A stretch of DNA of 64,000 nt from Hypanus sabinus (GCF_030144855.1 NC_082726.1:23250001-23314000), one strand, 5' to 3'. Positions 1 to 13,060 are shown, numbered from the stretch's first letter. The notes: generated by a model not told the origin, from the sequence alone. Program-made: numbers and translations.

Positions 1-570
1 TGCAAATTATAGTAATTTGTAATGAATAGTATGTACAGTTAGGTATACAACAGAACAATCAATATAGCTTAGAAATACAATTGCGTCAGCATGAATCAAT
101 CAGTCTGATGGCCTGGTGGAAGAAGTTGTCTCAGAGCCTGTTGGTCCTGGCTTTTATGCTGTGGTACCACTTCCTGGATGGTGGCAGCTGGAACAGTTTG
201 TGGTTGGGGTGACTTGGTTCCCCAATGATCCTTCAGGTCTTTTTCACACATCTGTCTCTATAAATGTCCTGAATAGTGGGAAGGTGCTCTGGGCTGTCCA
301 CACCACTCTCTGCAAGTCCTGTGAATGAGGGACTTACAGTTCCCATACCAGGCAGTGATGTAGCCAATCAGGATGCTCTCAATTGTTCCCCTGTAGAAAG
401 TTCTTAAGATTTGGGGACTCATGCTGAACTTGTTCGATTGACTGAGGTGAAAGAGCTTACCCAGCTTTTTTGAGTTACAAAATTTCCACAAAACACTTCC
501 CAGGTTTGCATCCTTTTTGTAAATCAAGGATTGGCTGCCCACCACCAGGAAGGTAGAGGTGTCAATGTTT
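1..570 (-). mobile_element. Rex1/Babar-type LINE, 3' fragment
   Basis: ORF 258-545(-) contains ILRTFYRGTIESILIGYITAWYGNCK, typical of the C-terminal part of Rex1/Babar ORF2. Confidence 0.8.
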
Positions 571-2544
571 TTGGGGAAGGTTGAGTAATAATTGGAGAAA
601 ATTTACTGTTTGTGGCTTTATCCCACCTGCCCTCCTGAACCCTGTGCCCTCACGTTGGAGATCAGGACCCTGTCCTTGATTATTGGTTAAGTGAAAATCC
701 TCCCCAAGTGCTAGTTTCTTTTACTCCATGACGTGGACAAGGAGTTTGTAAAATAACAAGAGGGTTGTGGAAGTTGATGTGATTTGGTGGAAGCTGAATG
801 AAAAGTTCAGTCATGAATGAGAAAGTTGTGCCATTAGAGCACAGATCTCAAATATTCTTCCATGCCTGAAAATCTGAAGGATTCCTGTATGGTCTGGATA
901 CTCATAACAGGTAGGATAAAGTGGATTTTCTTTCGAAAATGAGGCAGCACTCAAAGAAACATAGCAGTTTTATTGGTCAGATTACAATATTACTGCTTTG
1001 TTGTGGAGATTTAGTTCCAGTGTTTCAATTAACACAATTTTATTAAAGAAGTTTGTCCAAATGTATTTTCATTCAGTTACCAAGGTAGGGTTGGTTCAGG
1101 AGTAGTGGTTAAATAGTCCCTTGCCAATTGCAGGGGGATGTACAGTAGATCCCAAGATAGCCCATGGATTAATCTCCTTATGATGTATGGAAGGATCATT
1201 TTTGGCAGCTCCTCCCTTTATGGCCTCTGTGATGCCTTTTAAAGTCTCCTTAATTGGACAGTGCAATTTGAGATATCCTATTGTAAACAAGACAACAATA
1301 ATAGAAATAAACCAAACTGCAGATGCTGTGAACCTGAACCATACAGGCAACAAGTTACGCAGCAGAGTGTCTTAATCAGATCCCATGTGCTATATGACTT
1401 CACTTTATCCCTTTGTTCTAGCCATAACCCTCCACAACCTTTGTTGGGTGTAACAGACAAACTTGTTTCTCTCTTTCTCTTACTCAATCCTACTTGATTA
1501 TCTCCAGCTTGCTGGACAGATTACACAGACCAAAAATCTTCATGAGATGGTAAGTACTCCCATTAAGCCATTTGGACTCATCCTATCATTAACATTCTCC
1601 TTTAACTATACTTCTTCCCTTCTCTCCCATTGAAAACTAACCCATAAATGGTCACAGACTTGAAACATTTGACTGTTTCTCTCACCATAGATGCTGCATG
1701 AACTGCTGAGTGCTTCTGATATTTTTCGTTTATACTGTATAGATTAGTCTGTTTTGTTTGTTCTTCCAATGTTTCTGAGGACACTAAACTTTTATTTTCA
1801 GTGTACACTTTCAGGAAATTTGTAATATGTGGTAATTAAGTTACTGTAAAACTTAGTGTATAAGTAGTTTTCCCTCCAACTTGTCAAAAGACTACAGGAC
1901 GATCAAAATGCACCAGATTTTGTTCACAGATTTGAAGTGTGTTAATGTTAAATTGCAATCAATATTGTCCCTGTGGCTCTAAGGTTCAAGAAACCACTTT
2001 CAGAGTGGAGCACACGTTCACTTATAATGTGAACTAGTGATCTAGTTCCATTATTTTAGATATTTTACTGAGTATGAATTATATAAAGTGTTTTACAGCA
2101 GCTGCCACCAATAAAAACTGGGAATTACAGTTGAAATGTGTTACTGGAGTGTTATGTGAAATCATTTTAATTAATTATAGTTTGAAATTGTTTTCTTGCC
2201 GTAGGTTGGTTAAGTGAAAATTCTCCAACACTAATTTAATTGTCACAACTGTTTCTTCTGCAACTTGTTACAGTCCTTTCATAAATTGCCTATCCTTTTT
2301 TATGTCCGTAGTGCCATTACGGAATTTAATTGAGCGATTTGCGCCACTATCCAGTGAACAGTGCGTGTACAATAGAGGCACCACACATACTAGTGCTTTT
2401 GCTTTCTCTTTGTCAGTAGAGGTTTAATCCAAGACTGTGGACTGATGAGAGCACAGACTGCTCAATGTGCATCTCGTGATTGTATTTTAAGTTGAAAGCT
2501 TTGATTCAGCCTGGCACTTCATAACAATCTTAAACATTAGAGGC

Positions 2545-3420
2545 TGATGGGAAGCATGATAGTAGCTTATAAAATTATCATAGGTGATAAAATAATCACA
2601 GATGGAATATTTTACCCAGGGCAGAAATGTTCAATACTAAAGGACATGGCTTTAAAGTGAGAGCGGGGAGGTTTAAAGTGGATGGTGTTGTAGATCAGTA
2701 TAGCTTGGACACAGGCCCTTCAGCCTACCAATTCCATACAAACCATGGTGTCCACCTAGCTAGTTCCAATGTCCTGTGTTTGGCCTCTCCAAGCCACATC
2801 TCTCCATGGACTTCTAATTGTGCTTCCTAAGTGATATTATTGCACCTGACTTAATGGCAGCCTGTTCCATACTCTCAACACATTTTTGGTAAAAAAAAGC
2901 GGCTTTAAAATCCTAAACCAATGCTCCCTAGTTCTGGGCTCCCCTGCGTTGGAGAAATGACTGTTACCAACCAGCTTATCAATATCTTTCATAATTTTAA
3001 ACAGTTCTGTAAGCTTGTCACTCATTCTCCTCTGTCCCAAGAAATGAAGTTCACTTTCCCCTGTAGCACAGGCCCTCTAGTCCTGGCAACGTCTCGTGTC
3101 GGGCGACCTTTTTGTTACACAGAGTGGTAGGTGCCTGGAACCCTCTTCCGGGTTAGTGTTGAAAGCTGATGCAATAGTGGTGTTTAAGAAGCTTTTAGAA
3201 TTGGTTGAAAGGTTGGGGTTCCCAATCTTTTAAATGTTGTGAGGCCTTACCATTAACAGAGGGGTCTCTGGATCCCTGGTTGGGAACCCCTGTTTTAGAT
3301 AGACATGAAAGCAGAAGGAATGGAGGGATAGGGCTCATGAGTAAACAAAAGAGATTAGTTTAATTTGGCATCATGCTCAGCACAGATCTTATGGGTTGAA
3401 TGGCCTTCTCCTATGCTACA
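2545..3420. mobile_element. CR1 LINE 3' fragments; a + strand piece interrupted by a - strand piece (~2690-3100)
   Basis: Motifs TKGHGFKVRAGRF (+) and RVWNRLP (-), plus CR1-type 3' UTR sequence. Confidence 0.6.
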
Positions 3421-3639
3421 CAGTTATATTTTTCATTCAGTTCCACTTTGTATGGGCAGTCACTGAAGTCTGTACCCTGTTGGAACGTTTACACGTAGAG
3501 CTTCAATAGGTAGGTGGGCAACATTTCAATGATCCACCTCCCACTGCCAAGTAGACTGGGGGAGTGTGAATGTTTGTGATACAGCAGGAGGTCTTTCAGC
3601 CTCTGTGTCCGTGCCAGTGGAAGTGGAGTTTTTTAATTT

Positions 3640-4110
3640 CTTGCAACACACACAAGATGCTGGAGGAACTCAGCAGGTCAGGCAGCATCTGTGGAAGTGG
3701 ATGAATAATCGATATTTCAGGCCGCGACCCTTCTTCAGGACTGAGAAGGAAGGGGGAAGATGCCAGAGTAAAAATGTGGGGTGGAGGGGAAGGAGGCTAG
3801 CTGGAAGATTATAGATGAAGCCAGGTGGGTGGAAAAGTTCAAGGCCTAGAGAAGAAGGGATATCTGAGAGGAGGGGAGAGTGAACCATATGAGAAAGGGA
3901 AGGTGGAGGGGACCTAGGGGAAAGTGATAGATAGGTGAGAAAAAGTGAAAGGTCAGAGTGGGGAATAAGGGAAGAGGGGAGGGGGAAATAATTTTTTTTA
4001 CCAGAAGGAGAAATTGATATTTAAGCTATTAGTCTGGGGGCTTCCCAGATGAAATATAAGGTGCTCCTCCAACATGAGGGTGTCTTCACCCTCAGACAAA
4101 CTCTTGTTTG
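3640..4110 (-). mobile_element. Penelope-like element 3' end/pLTR
   Basis: pLTR terminus (caacacacacaagatgctggaggaactcagc), hammerhead motif, purine-rich tract, and the end of the GIY-YIG coding region. Confidence 0.7.
3706..3743 (-). ncRNA. Minimal type I hammerhead ribozyme motif (best-preserved copy in the window)
   Basis: Minus strand reads cagtc-CTGAAGA-a-gggt-cgcg-gcct-GAAA-TATC-gatta: intact core, stem II, palindromic vestigial stem III, 4-bp stem I. Confidence 0.5.
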
Positions 4111-4369
4111 TCATTCCATTGTTCTTTCAATGTTGCATGGTCTCTGGCTTCACTGCCCTTTCAGACACTGAGTCCCAGGTCTGCCATTCAGAATGTCAGT
4201 TTTTTTTTCATTTTATCTGCCAATTAATCTGTATTTTCTCTTCTCATCCACTTTGTGCCTGTGGGTTTGGAGGGAAATATCCAATTCAGTCCAGTTGGCC
4301 TATGTGCCAAATGTATACAGCAGGTTCTGTTATAAGATGATATGTACATTCCAAAGAAACCTTGCATTA

Positions 4370-6850
4370 TGGCAAGTTCAAGGTAAATGTAATTTTGAAG
4401 TACACGTATGTCACTATATACTACCATATTTTCATGTCGACCTTCAAAGGAAATTCAAAGAAACACAATAGAGTTGATGCAAAGCTGTACGCAACAAAGA
4501 TGGACAAATAACTAATGTGCAAAAGGTAACAAACTGTGCAAATATTAAAAAAAACAATAATAAATAAACAATAACTATTGAGAACATAAGTTGTAGAGTC
4601 TTTGTGAGTGAGTCTGTAGGTTGTGGAAACAGTTAAGTGTTGGGGAGAGTGAAGTTATCCCGTCTGATTCAGGAGTCTATTGTTTGAGGAGAAATAACCA
4701 TTCCTGAATGTGATAGTGTCCTGCACCTCCTTCCTGATAGCAACAGCAATAAGGGAGGATGGCCTGTGTAGTGGGGGGTCCTTGATGATAGACGCTGCAT
4801 TCCTGCGGCATCTCTGTGCAGATGTGCTCATTGGCGGAAAGGTCGATACTTGTGATTTACTGGGCTGAATCCACTTCATTTTGTAGTTTTTTTCTTTTCA
4901 AGGGCATTGGTGTTTCTGTACTAGGCTGCGATGCAACCAGTCAGAATACTTTCCGTGGCACAACTATAGAAGTTTATCAACGTTTTAGATGACATTCAGA
5001 ATTTTTGCAAACTTCTAAGAAAGTAGAGGCGCCACCATGACCAGCAGTTATGTGCTTGGACCTAGGACAGATCCTCTGAAATTGTAACACTGAGAAATTT
5101 ACATTTGCTAACCCTCTCTACTTCTTGATCCCTAAGGAGGGCTGGCTCACGGACTTCTGGTTTCCTTCTCCTGAAGTCAATAATTAGCTCTTTGGTTTTG
5201 CTGACATTGAGTGCGAGGCTGTTGTGTGGAACCACTCAGCTAGGTTTTCAATCTCCCTCCTATGTACTGATTCATCACCGCCTTTGATTCGGCCAACAGC
5301 AGTGGTGTTGTCAGCAAGCTTAAATATGGCATTGGACTGTGCCTAGCCTCACAGACATAAGTGTAAAGAGATTAAAATGGGGCTAAGCCCACACCTAGTG
5401 GGGTACCTGTGCTGATGTGATCGTGCAGGTGATGTTGTTGCCAATCCAAATGGATTGGGGTCTTCAAGTGAAGAAATTGAGGATCCAGTTGCACAAAGAA
5501 GTACTGAGGCCAAAGTCTTGGAGCTTATTGATTAATGTTGAGGGGAGGATAGTGCTGAATGTTGAGCTTAAATCAATGAAGAATATTCTGATGTATGCAT
5601 CTTCACTGTCTAGATGTTCCACAGTTGAGAGAAGAGTCAATGAAATGGCATCTGCTGTTGACCTGTTGTGATGGTAGGCAAATTGCAGTGGATCCAAGTT
5701 GTGCCTCAGGCAGTTGATATGTGTCATTGTAAGCCTCGCAAAGCACTTCATCATTGTGGATGTATAGTAAATGCTACTGGATGCATTGAGGCAGATTACC
5801 CCATTCTTTCTGGGCTCCAGGAGAATTGAAGCAGATGGGTACTACATACTGCTGAAGTGAGAGCTTAAAAATATAAGTGAACACTCCAGCCAGTTAACCA
5901 GCACAGGTCTTCAGTATGTATGGTATCCGTTAGTCTCACCAGACCATGGATCTGCGCCTGGAAAGTCTTCTCCAGGGCACAGGCCTGGGCAAGGTTGTAT
6001 GGAAGACTGACTGTTGCCCATGCTGCAAGTCTCCCCTGTCTATGCCTCCAATGTTGTCCAATGGAAGGGCAAGTGCCAATACAGCTTGGTACCAGTGTCG
6101 TCGCTGGAGTTGCCAGAATGAGGTTGAAGGCAACGTTGGACTGCCTTAGGGACTCCAGCTCCTGATTTGTCATCAGAGTTTACGCCCGAAGCCTTTCCTA
6201 CGAGTGGGTATGGCTGCAAGGCAGCAAAGGTTTGAAATCAGAGTTCCCTCTCTTAGATGGACTGGCTTCCCAGGCTGATGAGCTCCATCCACCTGAAAGG
6301 CCTTCAGGTACCCCGTCTGGGACAAATGATTTCTGTGGGTTCACCCTTCTGAATGATGCTGTAATGAATCACAAGTAATCGAGTATTGTGGGAGTTCGTG
6401 AAGATGCCTCCATGTTTTGACAGTTAAAGCGAGCATAAAAAGCATAAACGTCTGGGAGCAAAATTTGGCAAATACGTCATTTGGTTTTACCTTGTAGAAG
6501 TTGATAGCATTCAACCCCGGCCACTGCTGTCTAGAATCTTTCTGTGATTCAGATTTGGTTTGGAATTGCAACTTCACACATGAGATGGCTTTCTAAAGGC
6601 TGTACGTGGACACCTTGTAATTTACTTGCTCGCTGGACCTGAATGCCACTGATCACTCAGCAGATTGTGGATTTCTTCCTTCATCCGGGGCTTCTGTTTG
6701 GGGAAGACTCTGAATGATTTTCTGGAATTCATGACTGATTCTATAAAGTCAGTGAGAATCATTGTCCATAGCTCTGGTGACTTATTCTTTTGCATTACGT
6801 TGTGGCAGAACAAACATTGTAGTCGTCTTTAAAAGCACCAGATTTTATTC
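4370..6850 (-). mobile_element. Decayed Rex1/Babar LINE, interrupted at ~5920-6300
   Basis: [20 protein letters not shown] (ORF 5464-5754 -), FPKQKPRM linker (6622-6813 -), and a reverse-complement 3' tail at 4370. Confidence 0.75.
5920..6300. mobile_element. SINE/LINE-tail repeat, related to 11060-11220, 21200-21300 and 22000-22150
   Basis: Shared block ggaagac...gttgccca(t/a)gctgcaagtctcccct and shared block gctga(t/c)gagctccat. Confidence 0.5.
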
Positions 6851-7643
6851 ACTTATTTTGATGTGTGTTAATGATAAATGGGAGTCAGCATTGTCCTTTG
6901 TGGCTCTAAGGACTGGTGGCCTTCAAATCACAGATTTAAGCAGATTTAAACCAAAATTAAAATGTAAACCTGGCAAACCTGACCTCGGACTTCCCTAAAC
7001 CAGGATTCAAGTTCAGCGGGCAGAGCAGAAAGGGAGTTTCCGTGACATTGTTTAAAATTTTTTGTCCCACAGCCCTGCTATCTGCATCACATAGCATAGC
7101 CAAAGAACACAAGCCTCCCATTGTCACATTAACCTACTTCGGTCTTACCCTATAGGAGATATTCCAACTTTCTACCCATCTCTCCCCTATCTGCTAGTGA
7201 AGGCCAAACTTGTTTTCTCTCCTTCCCAGGGTTGTCGGCCTCTAATGTTACCCGTCTCTCCTTCCATTGGATTCTCTTTGATCTGCAGGATGTTTTCCAA
7301 TGTTTTCTATTTCCATCGTCTGCAGTTTCTCCCCCATATTTTAAATGCTTTGACAGATGGAGAGCAAAGGACGGAGGAAAGTGGGAGCGTGAACTTGCAG
7401 CAGAAATGAATAATGTAACCATGGGAGCAAGATTACTTATTATCATTCTTTTGTACACAAGTGTAAAGGAGAATGAAATGATTTTTAGTCTGGAACCGAT
7501 GCAGCATAACAAAAACTCAATAAGCAAAAAAAGCACAATAACTGTAAATATAAAACAACCTTTTAAATGCAACGTATAAGAAACTGCTCAGTGTGGCCAT
7601 ATATACATAAGATTAGCTTATATAGATAGACTGATTATATATA

Positions 7644-8134
7644 CGGTACTGTGCAAAAATCTTAGGCACGTATATGTAGCTCGAATGCCTAAGACTTTTG
7701 CCCAGTACTGTTTTTGTCAATGTGGAGTGGAGAGCAAGTTTGTAAATCTGGCGGGAACAAAGGATGTTGGGAAGGACAGGGGTGGAGTGCCAGAGGAGGG
7801 GTGTGGGACAGGTGGCAGAGAAGGAGAGTGGGGGTGGATGGTGCAGGTGCAGAAACACCCAGCCTGAGAAACCGGGCAAGTTCATTTGATTCCAAACAAT
7901 TGGTTTATTGATCATTACATATTATCTCTCTGGTGCTTCCTGCTCCCTCACCTCCCTCTTACCCTTTTTCTAATCGTGATTCCCCTCTCCCTGTCCCTTT
8001 TCCACTCTCAGTCCACAATAGAGACCCGTATCAGAATCAGGTTTATCATCATTCTCATACTGCATGAGATTTATTCTTCTTGTGGCACTAATACAATGCA
8101 ACAGTACTACAGTACTGTACTAAAGTCTTAGGCA
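7644..8134. mobile_element. Composite Tc1-type MITE, copy A
   Basis: TA-flanked mini-palindrome cggtactgtgcaaaaatcttaggcac...gcctaagacttttgcccagtactg (7644-7710), shared internal body, captured LINE tail, further TIR at 8110-8134. Confidence 0.7.
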
Positions 8135-8599
8135 AACGAGTATCTGAACATAAGGTGACTCCGACAGGAAGTGATGAAGTGACAAAGTGACTTTTGACAA
8201 GGGGATCTCTTCTAGATCACAGCAGGGCAAGTGAAAACGCAGTAGGACCGAAACTCAGTCAGTGTAGGCATGAGGTGTGTAGTGGCAGTGCATGGGAGGA
8301 TGAAGGGTGCTAAGGGGTCATGGAGAGGAGGGGCTGATGTGGATGTAGTGATGAGGGGTGGTGGGGTATTCATTCAAAATCATCTCTCACAGTGGTACTC
8401 CTATGGAGAATGGTGGGGCCAAGAAGGATCTGAAAGTGAAGGAGGACTGACCACGGCAGTTGTTACATCCAGTAACCTTGTTGAGTGTGTTGGAAAATGC
8501 AGTTGTATTCATTTATTTATAAAAACCTTCTCTCTCCATGCACGGTGGACTATATGTGACCACGCAGTCAATGTAGTTGAGAAAAGGAAAAAAGTAAAG

Positions 8600-8820
8600 C
8601 TGAGAAATCTAAAGCAAAAAAAAAAGAAAATGCTGAAAATATTGGTCAGTTCAGACCGCATTTGTGACAATAGAAATGTAGCCAATCCCTGGGTTATGAG
8701 GCAGAGTTTCATCCCTAAGTGTTGACAGTTCTGTTTGCCCAACAGATGCTGCTTGACTCCCTGAGTTCCTCCAGCAGATTTTGTGTTGCTTCAGCTTACA
8801 ACGTCTGCAGTCTATTGTGT
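8600..8820. mobile_element. Old PLE-derived foldback repeat
   Basis: Inverted pLTR-like ends (gaaaatgctgaaaat... / ...ctgagttcctccagcagattttgtgttgc). Confidence 0.5.
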
Positions 8821-9590
8821 CACCATTCCTTAGAAAAGTTCATAACCAGAGCAGTTTTACATCAGAAATGAACAACCACATTGACTGTGGGCATCACATG
8901 TAAGTTGTGAAAATTTTGCACAGGGGAGTAAACAAGATGTTTCAGGCCTAGTGGCTTCAGTTCCTGCAGAATTGTGTGTGTGTTGCTCAGGATATCGAGT
9001 ATCTGCTGAATCTCTTGTGTTTAAAATGACAAGGAGTTGTTCTGTGCCTAGTAAGGTACTAAACATTCAACATATGCATTTCCATCTGTATATTTTAGTC
9101 TGCAAATTCCTCACTGAATGTTCACCACACAATCAAACTGGATCTGTGCATCCCTTATTAGACGGGAGTCTTCATTAGCATAGATCGGTTGGACCAATGA
9201 TATTGGTATTGGTTTATCATTCTCACATGCACCAGGCTACGGTGAAAAGCTTGTCTTGCATGCTGTTCATACAGATCCAATTATTGCATAGTGCATTGAG
9301 TTAAAATAAGGTGAAACAGTAACAATGCAGAATAAAGTGTAAATGCTACCTAAAAAGGTACAGTGCAGGTAAACGATAAAGTGCAAGATCATAACAAGGT
9401 AGATTGTGAAGCCAAGAGTCCAGCTTATTGTACAAGAAGTCTGTTCAGGAGTTTGATACTAGTGGGGTAGAAGCTGTTAGTGAGCTGCTGGTATGTGCTT
9501 TTAGACTTTTCTATCTTCTGCCTAATGGGAAAAGGGAGAAGAGAGAACTTCTGGAGTGGGTGTGGTTTTGATTAGGCTGGCTGCTTTACT

Positions 9591-10175
9591 GACAGACAGA
9601 CAGACATACTTTATTGATTCCGGGGGAAATTGGGTTCTGTTACAGCTGCACTAACCAAGAATAGTGTAGAAATATAGCAATATAAAACCACAAATAATTA
9701 AATAATAACAAGTTAATCATGCCAAGTGGAAATAAGTCCAGGACCAGCCTATTGGCTCAGGGTGTCTGACACTCTGAGGGAGGAGTTGTAAAGTTTGATG
9801 GCCACAGGCAGGAATGACTTCCTATACCGCTCAGTGTTACATCTTGGGGGAATGAGTCTCTGGCTGAATGTACTCCTGTGCCTAACCTGTACATTATGGA
9901 GTGGATCTGGGAGTCATTGTCCAAAATGGCATGCAACTTGGACAGCATCTCTTTTCAGACACCACCGTCAGAGAATCCAGTTCCACCCCCACAACATCAC
10001 TGGCCTTACGAATGAGTTTGTTGATTCTGTTGGTGTCTGCTACCCTCAGCCTGCTGCCCCAGCACACAACAGCAAACATGATAACACTGGTCACCACAGA
10101 CTCGTAGAACATCCTCAGCATCATCCGGCAGATGTGAAAAGGACCTCAGTCTCCTCAGGAAATAGAGACAGCTGA
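9591..10175 (-). mobile_element. Relatively young 5'-truncated Rex1 LINE with (ctgt)n tail, nested in an older Rex-like copy spanning ~9190-10430
   Basis: MLRMFYESVVTSVIMFAVVCWGSRLRVADTNRINKLIRKAS (9894-10124 -); gacagacagacagac tail at 9591. Confidence 0.85.
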
Positions 10176-10929
10176 GATCGCAAGAAGTAGAGACAGAGTC
10201 TACTGAGGGGAGGCCAGTTTCTATGATGTGCTGAGCTGTGTCCACAACTCTCTACAGATTCTTGCAGTCACGGGCGGAGTATTTGCCGTACCAAGTCGTT
10301 ATGCACTGAAACGGAATGCTTTCTCTGGTGTATCGATAAAAATGGTAACAGACAACAAGGATATGTTGAATTTCTTTAACCTCCTAAGGAAGTGAAGGTG
10401 TTGGAGAGTTTTCTTGACTGAAACACTAAGAAAGGCTATTGGTAATGCTCATACCTAGGAACATGAAGTGTTTCCATTCCGTAAGACTAAATGGTCGGTT
10501 AATTATCAAACTGCACCATGTGGGTGAGATGGGGGAGATTAGGGGAAAGCCAGAAGCATAAATAGGACGTGATTCCATGGATATTTGATGGTGATTAAGG
10601 ACTTATTGGGCCTATTTCCATGCTGTATGTTTTTATGACTTAATGAAATCGGTCTATCAGAAGTGTAGGCTGATTTTGAGTCCAATGTCACACCCATGAT
10701 ATCAATACAAAAAGGCTATACCACTGTTGCACAACAGCAAAGGATAACTTACTCCAGATACTTGTGTGATTTTCTCCAGCTAGAGTGGTAACTCCACAAG
10801 CTTTGATGTGTAATTAATGAGATGAATAATTCAGGTTCACATTCCAGGAATGAATTAAGAGAATGTCCCTGGTTTATTCAGAGTATCATCTTGTAATTGT
10901 TGGATGTCCACTCCTTCGGGCTGCATGTG

Positions 10930-13060
10930 GAGAATCAGAATCAGTTTTTTATGATTGTGGGCATATGTCATGAAATTTGTTGTTTTGTGGCAGTTGTACA
11001 GTGCGAGATAAAAATTACTATGTTACAATAAATAAATAAATATTAGTAGTAGTAGGCCATGAACTTGCACCTTGTAAAGTTTCCAGGGTGCAAGCCTGTT
11101 TTTTTGTATGGAAGACCAGCAGTTGCCCAAGCTGCAAGTCTCCCCTCTCCACGCCACCAATGTTGTCCAAGGGAAGGACATTGGGACCCAAGCAGCTTGG
11201 CACCGGTGTTGTCGCAGAGCAATGTGTGGTTAAGTGCCTTGCTCAAGGATACACTTGTAGCCTCAGCCAAGGCTCGAACTAGCGACCTTCAGATAACTAG
11301 ACGAACGCCTTAACCACTTGGCCATGCACCAACACAAATAAATAAATAAATAGATAGATAGTGAAAAGAGGAATAGAGAGATAGTGTTCATGTGTTCATG
11401 CACAGTTCAGAAATCTGATGGTGGAAGGGAAGAAACTTTTCCTAAAACATTGAGTGTGGGTCTGCAGGTCTCATACTTCTGCCACATGGTAGAAATAAGA
11501 AGTCCCGGATGGTAGGGGCTGTTAATGGTGAATCTCATCTTCTTGAGGCATTGCCTTTAGAAGATGCCCTCAATAGAGGGAGGGTTGTGCCCTATGTAGT
11601 TTCTTTTAATCCTACACATGGGTGCCTCCATACCAGAGTGTGATGCAAACAGTCAGAATGCTCTCCATGGTATATCTGTAGAAATTTGCATGAGTCTTTG
11701 GTGACATACCAAATCTCCTCAAACTCATAATTAGCTATCGCTGCTGGTGTGCCTCCTTCATGATTCTGTCAGTGTGCTTTGGTTCAGAGTAGATCCTCTG
11801 TGGTGTTGACACCCAGGAACTTGAAGCTTCTCACCCTGTCCATGGATTGGTGGGTCTTCTGCTGACTTCCCCTTCCTGATGTCCACGGTCAGTTCCTTGG
11901 TCTTGCTGATGTGGTGTGCAAGGTTTTTGTTGTAACACCACTCAACTAACCAATCTGTCTCACTCCTGTGCACCTCCTTATCACGATCTGAGATTCTGCC
12001 AATAATGTTGCCACTGGTGAATTAATAGATGGTCTTTCGGCAATGCCTAGCCACACAGAGATCAGTCATAAACGTAGAGTGAGTAGAACAGTGGGCTATG
12101 CCCACAGCCTTGAGGTGCACTGATATTGATTGTCAGAACAGAGGAGATGTTATTACTGATCTGCACTGACTGTGGTCACCTGATGACGATCCAGTTGCAA
12201 AGGAAGATAGAGAAGCCCAGGTTATGCAACTCATTGATTAGTAGTGAGGGGATGGTTGTGTTGAAAGCCAAACTGTAATTGATAAACAGCAGTTTGACGT
12301 ATGTATTGCTGTGTTCAGAGTCTCCAAGTCAAGTGGAGAGCCAGTGAGATCGCATCCGCTGTCGACCTGTTGAGGCAACAGGCAAATTGCGTTGGGTCCA
12401 GGTCCTTTCTTGGGCAGGAGATAATTCTAGCCATGACTAATCTCTTGATACATTTTATCACAGCGGATGTTTGTGCTACTGGGTGATAATAATTGAGGCA
12501 GCTCCTCCTGCTCTTCTTGGGTACTAGAATGGTTGATGCAATTTAGAAGCAACCTCAAATTGCAGCAGTGAGAAGTTGAAGGCGTCCTTGAACATTCCAG
12601 CCTGTTGGTAGAATCCGGTTTCTTGGCTATGCCAAGCACACCATCAGGGCCTGACACCATCTTGAGGGTTCATCCTCTTGATGTTGACTTCTGAGGCAGA
12701 AATCACAGGGTCATTAGATGCTGTGGGATTTGCACAGGTGTAGTGTTATTCTCCCTTTCAAAGTTTGCATAAAAGGCATTGAGCTCATCTGGGAGTGAAG
12801 CATCATGACCCTTTATTCTGTTGGAATTTGTGTTGTAGAAAATAACAACATGCAAACCCTTCCACAGCTGTCATGCATTCAATTTTTCTTTAATTTCATA
12901 GAGAATTGCTGTTTCTTTTACCAGGTTCGGATATGGCCCAAGTGCGGAGTAACAGACTTTGAGGCAGGTCGATAGTTCACAAACTTTAGTGCAAACAGTG
13001 TTAAAGGAAAAATAAGCAATAAACTCTAGGCCAAATAGGGCCATTAATTACAGCTCTGGA
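10930..13060 (-). mobile_element. Decayed Rex1/Babar LINE fragments
   Basis: (agaatc)n reverse-complement tail at 10932; WCYNKNL...KTKELTVDIRK (11758-11973 -); antisense RT remnant at 12301-12486. Confidence 0.65.
11045..11335 (-). mobile_element. tRNA-derived SINE with (tac)n tail
   Basis: Minus-strand head ggtgcatggccaagtggttaagg...agttcgagcc carries Pol III A and B boxes; agtagtagtag tail at ~11045. Confidence 0.7.

Noticed and set aside
6275-6298. CTGATGA...GAAA hammerhead-like spacing (also ~22110)
   Set aside because: The intervening 13 nt cannot form stem II, and there are no stem I or III partners.
11255-11335. tRNA gene (also 49512, 54735, 55385)
   Set aside because: A and B boxes are present but there is no full cloverleaf, and each continues into a SINE body and tail.
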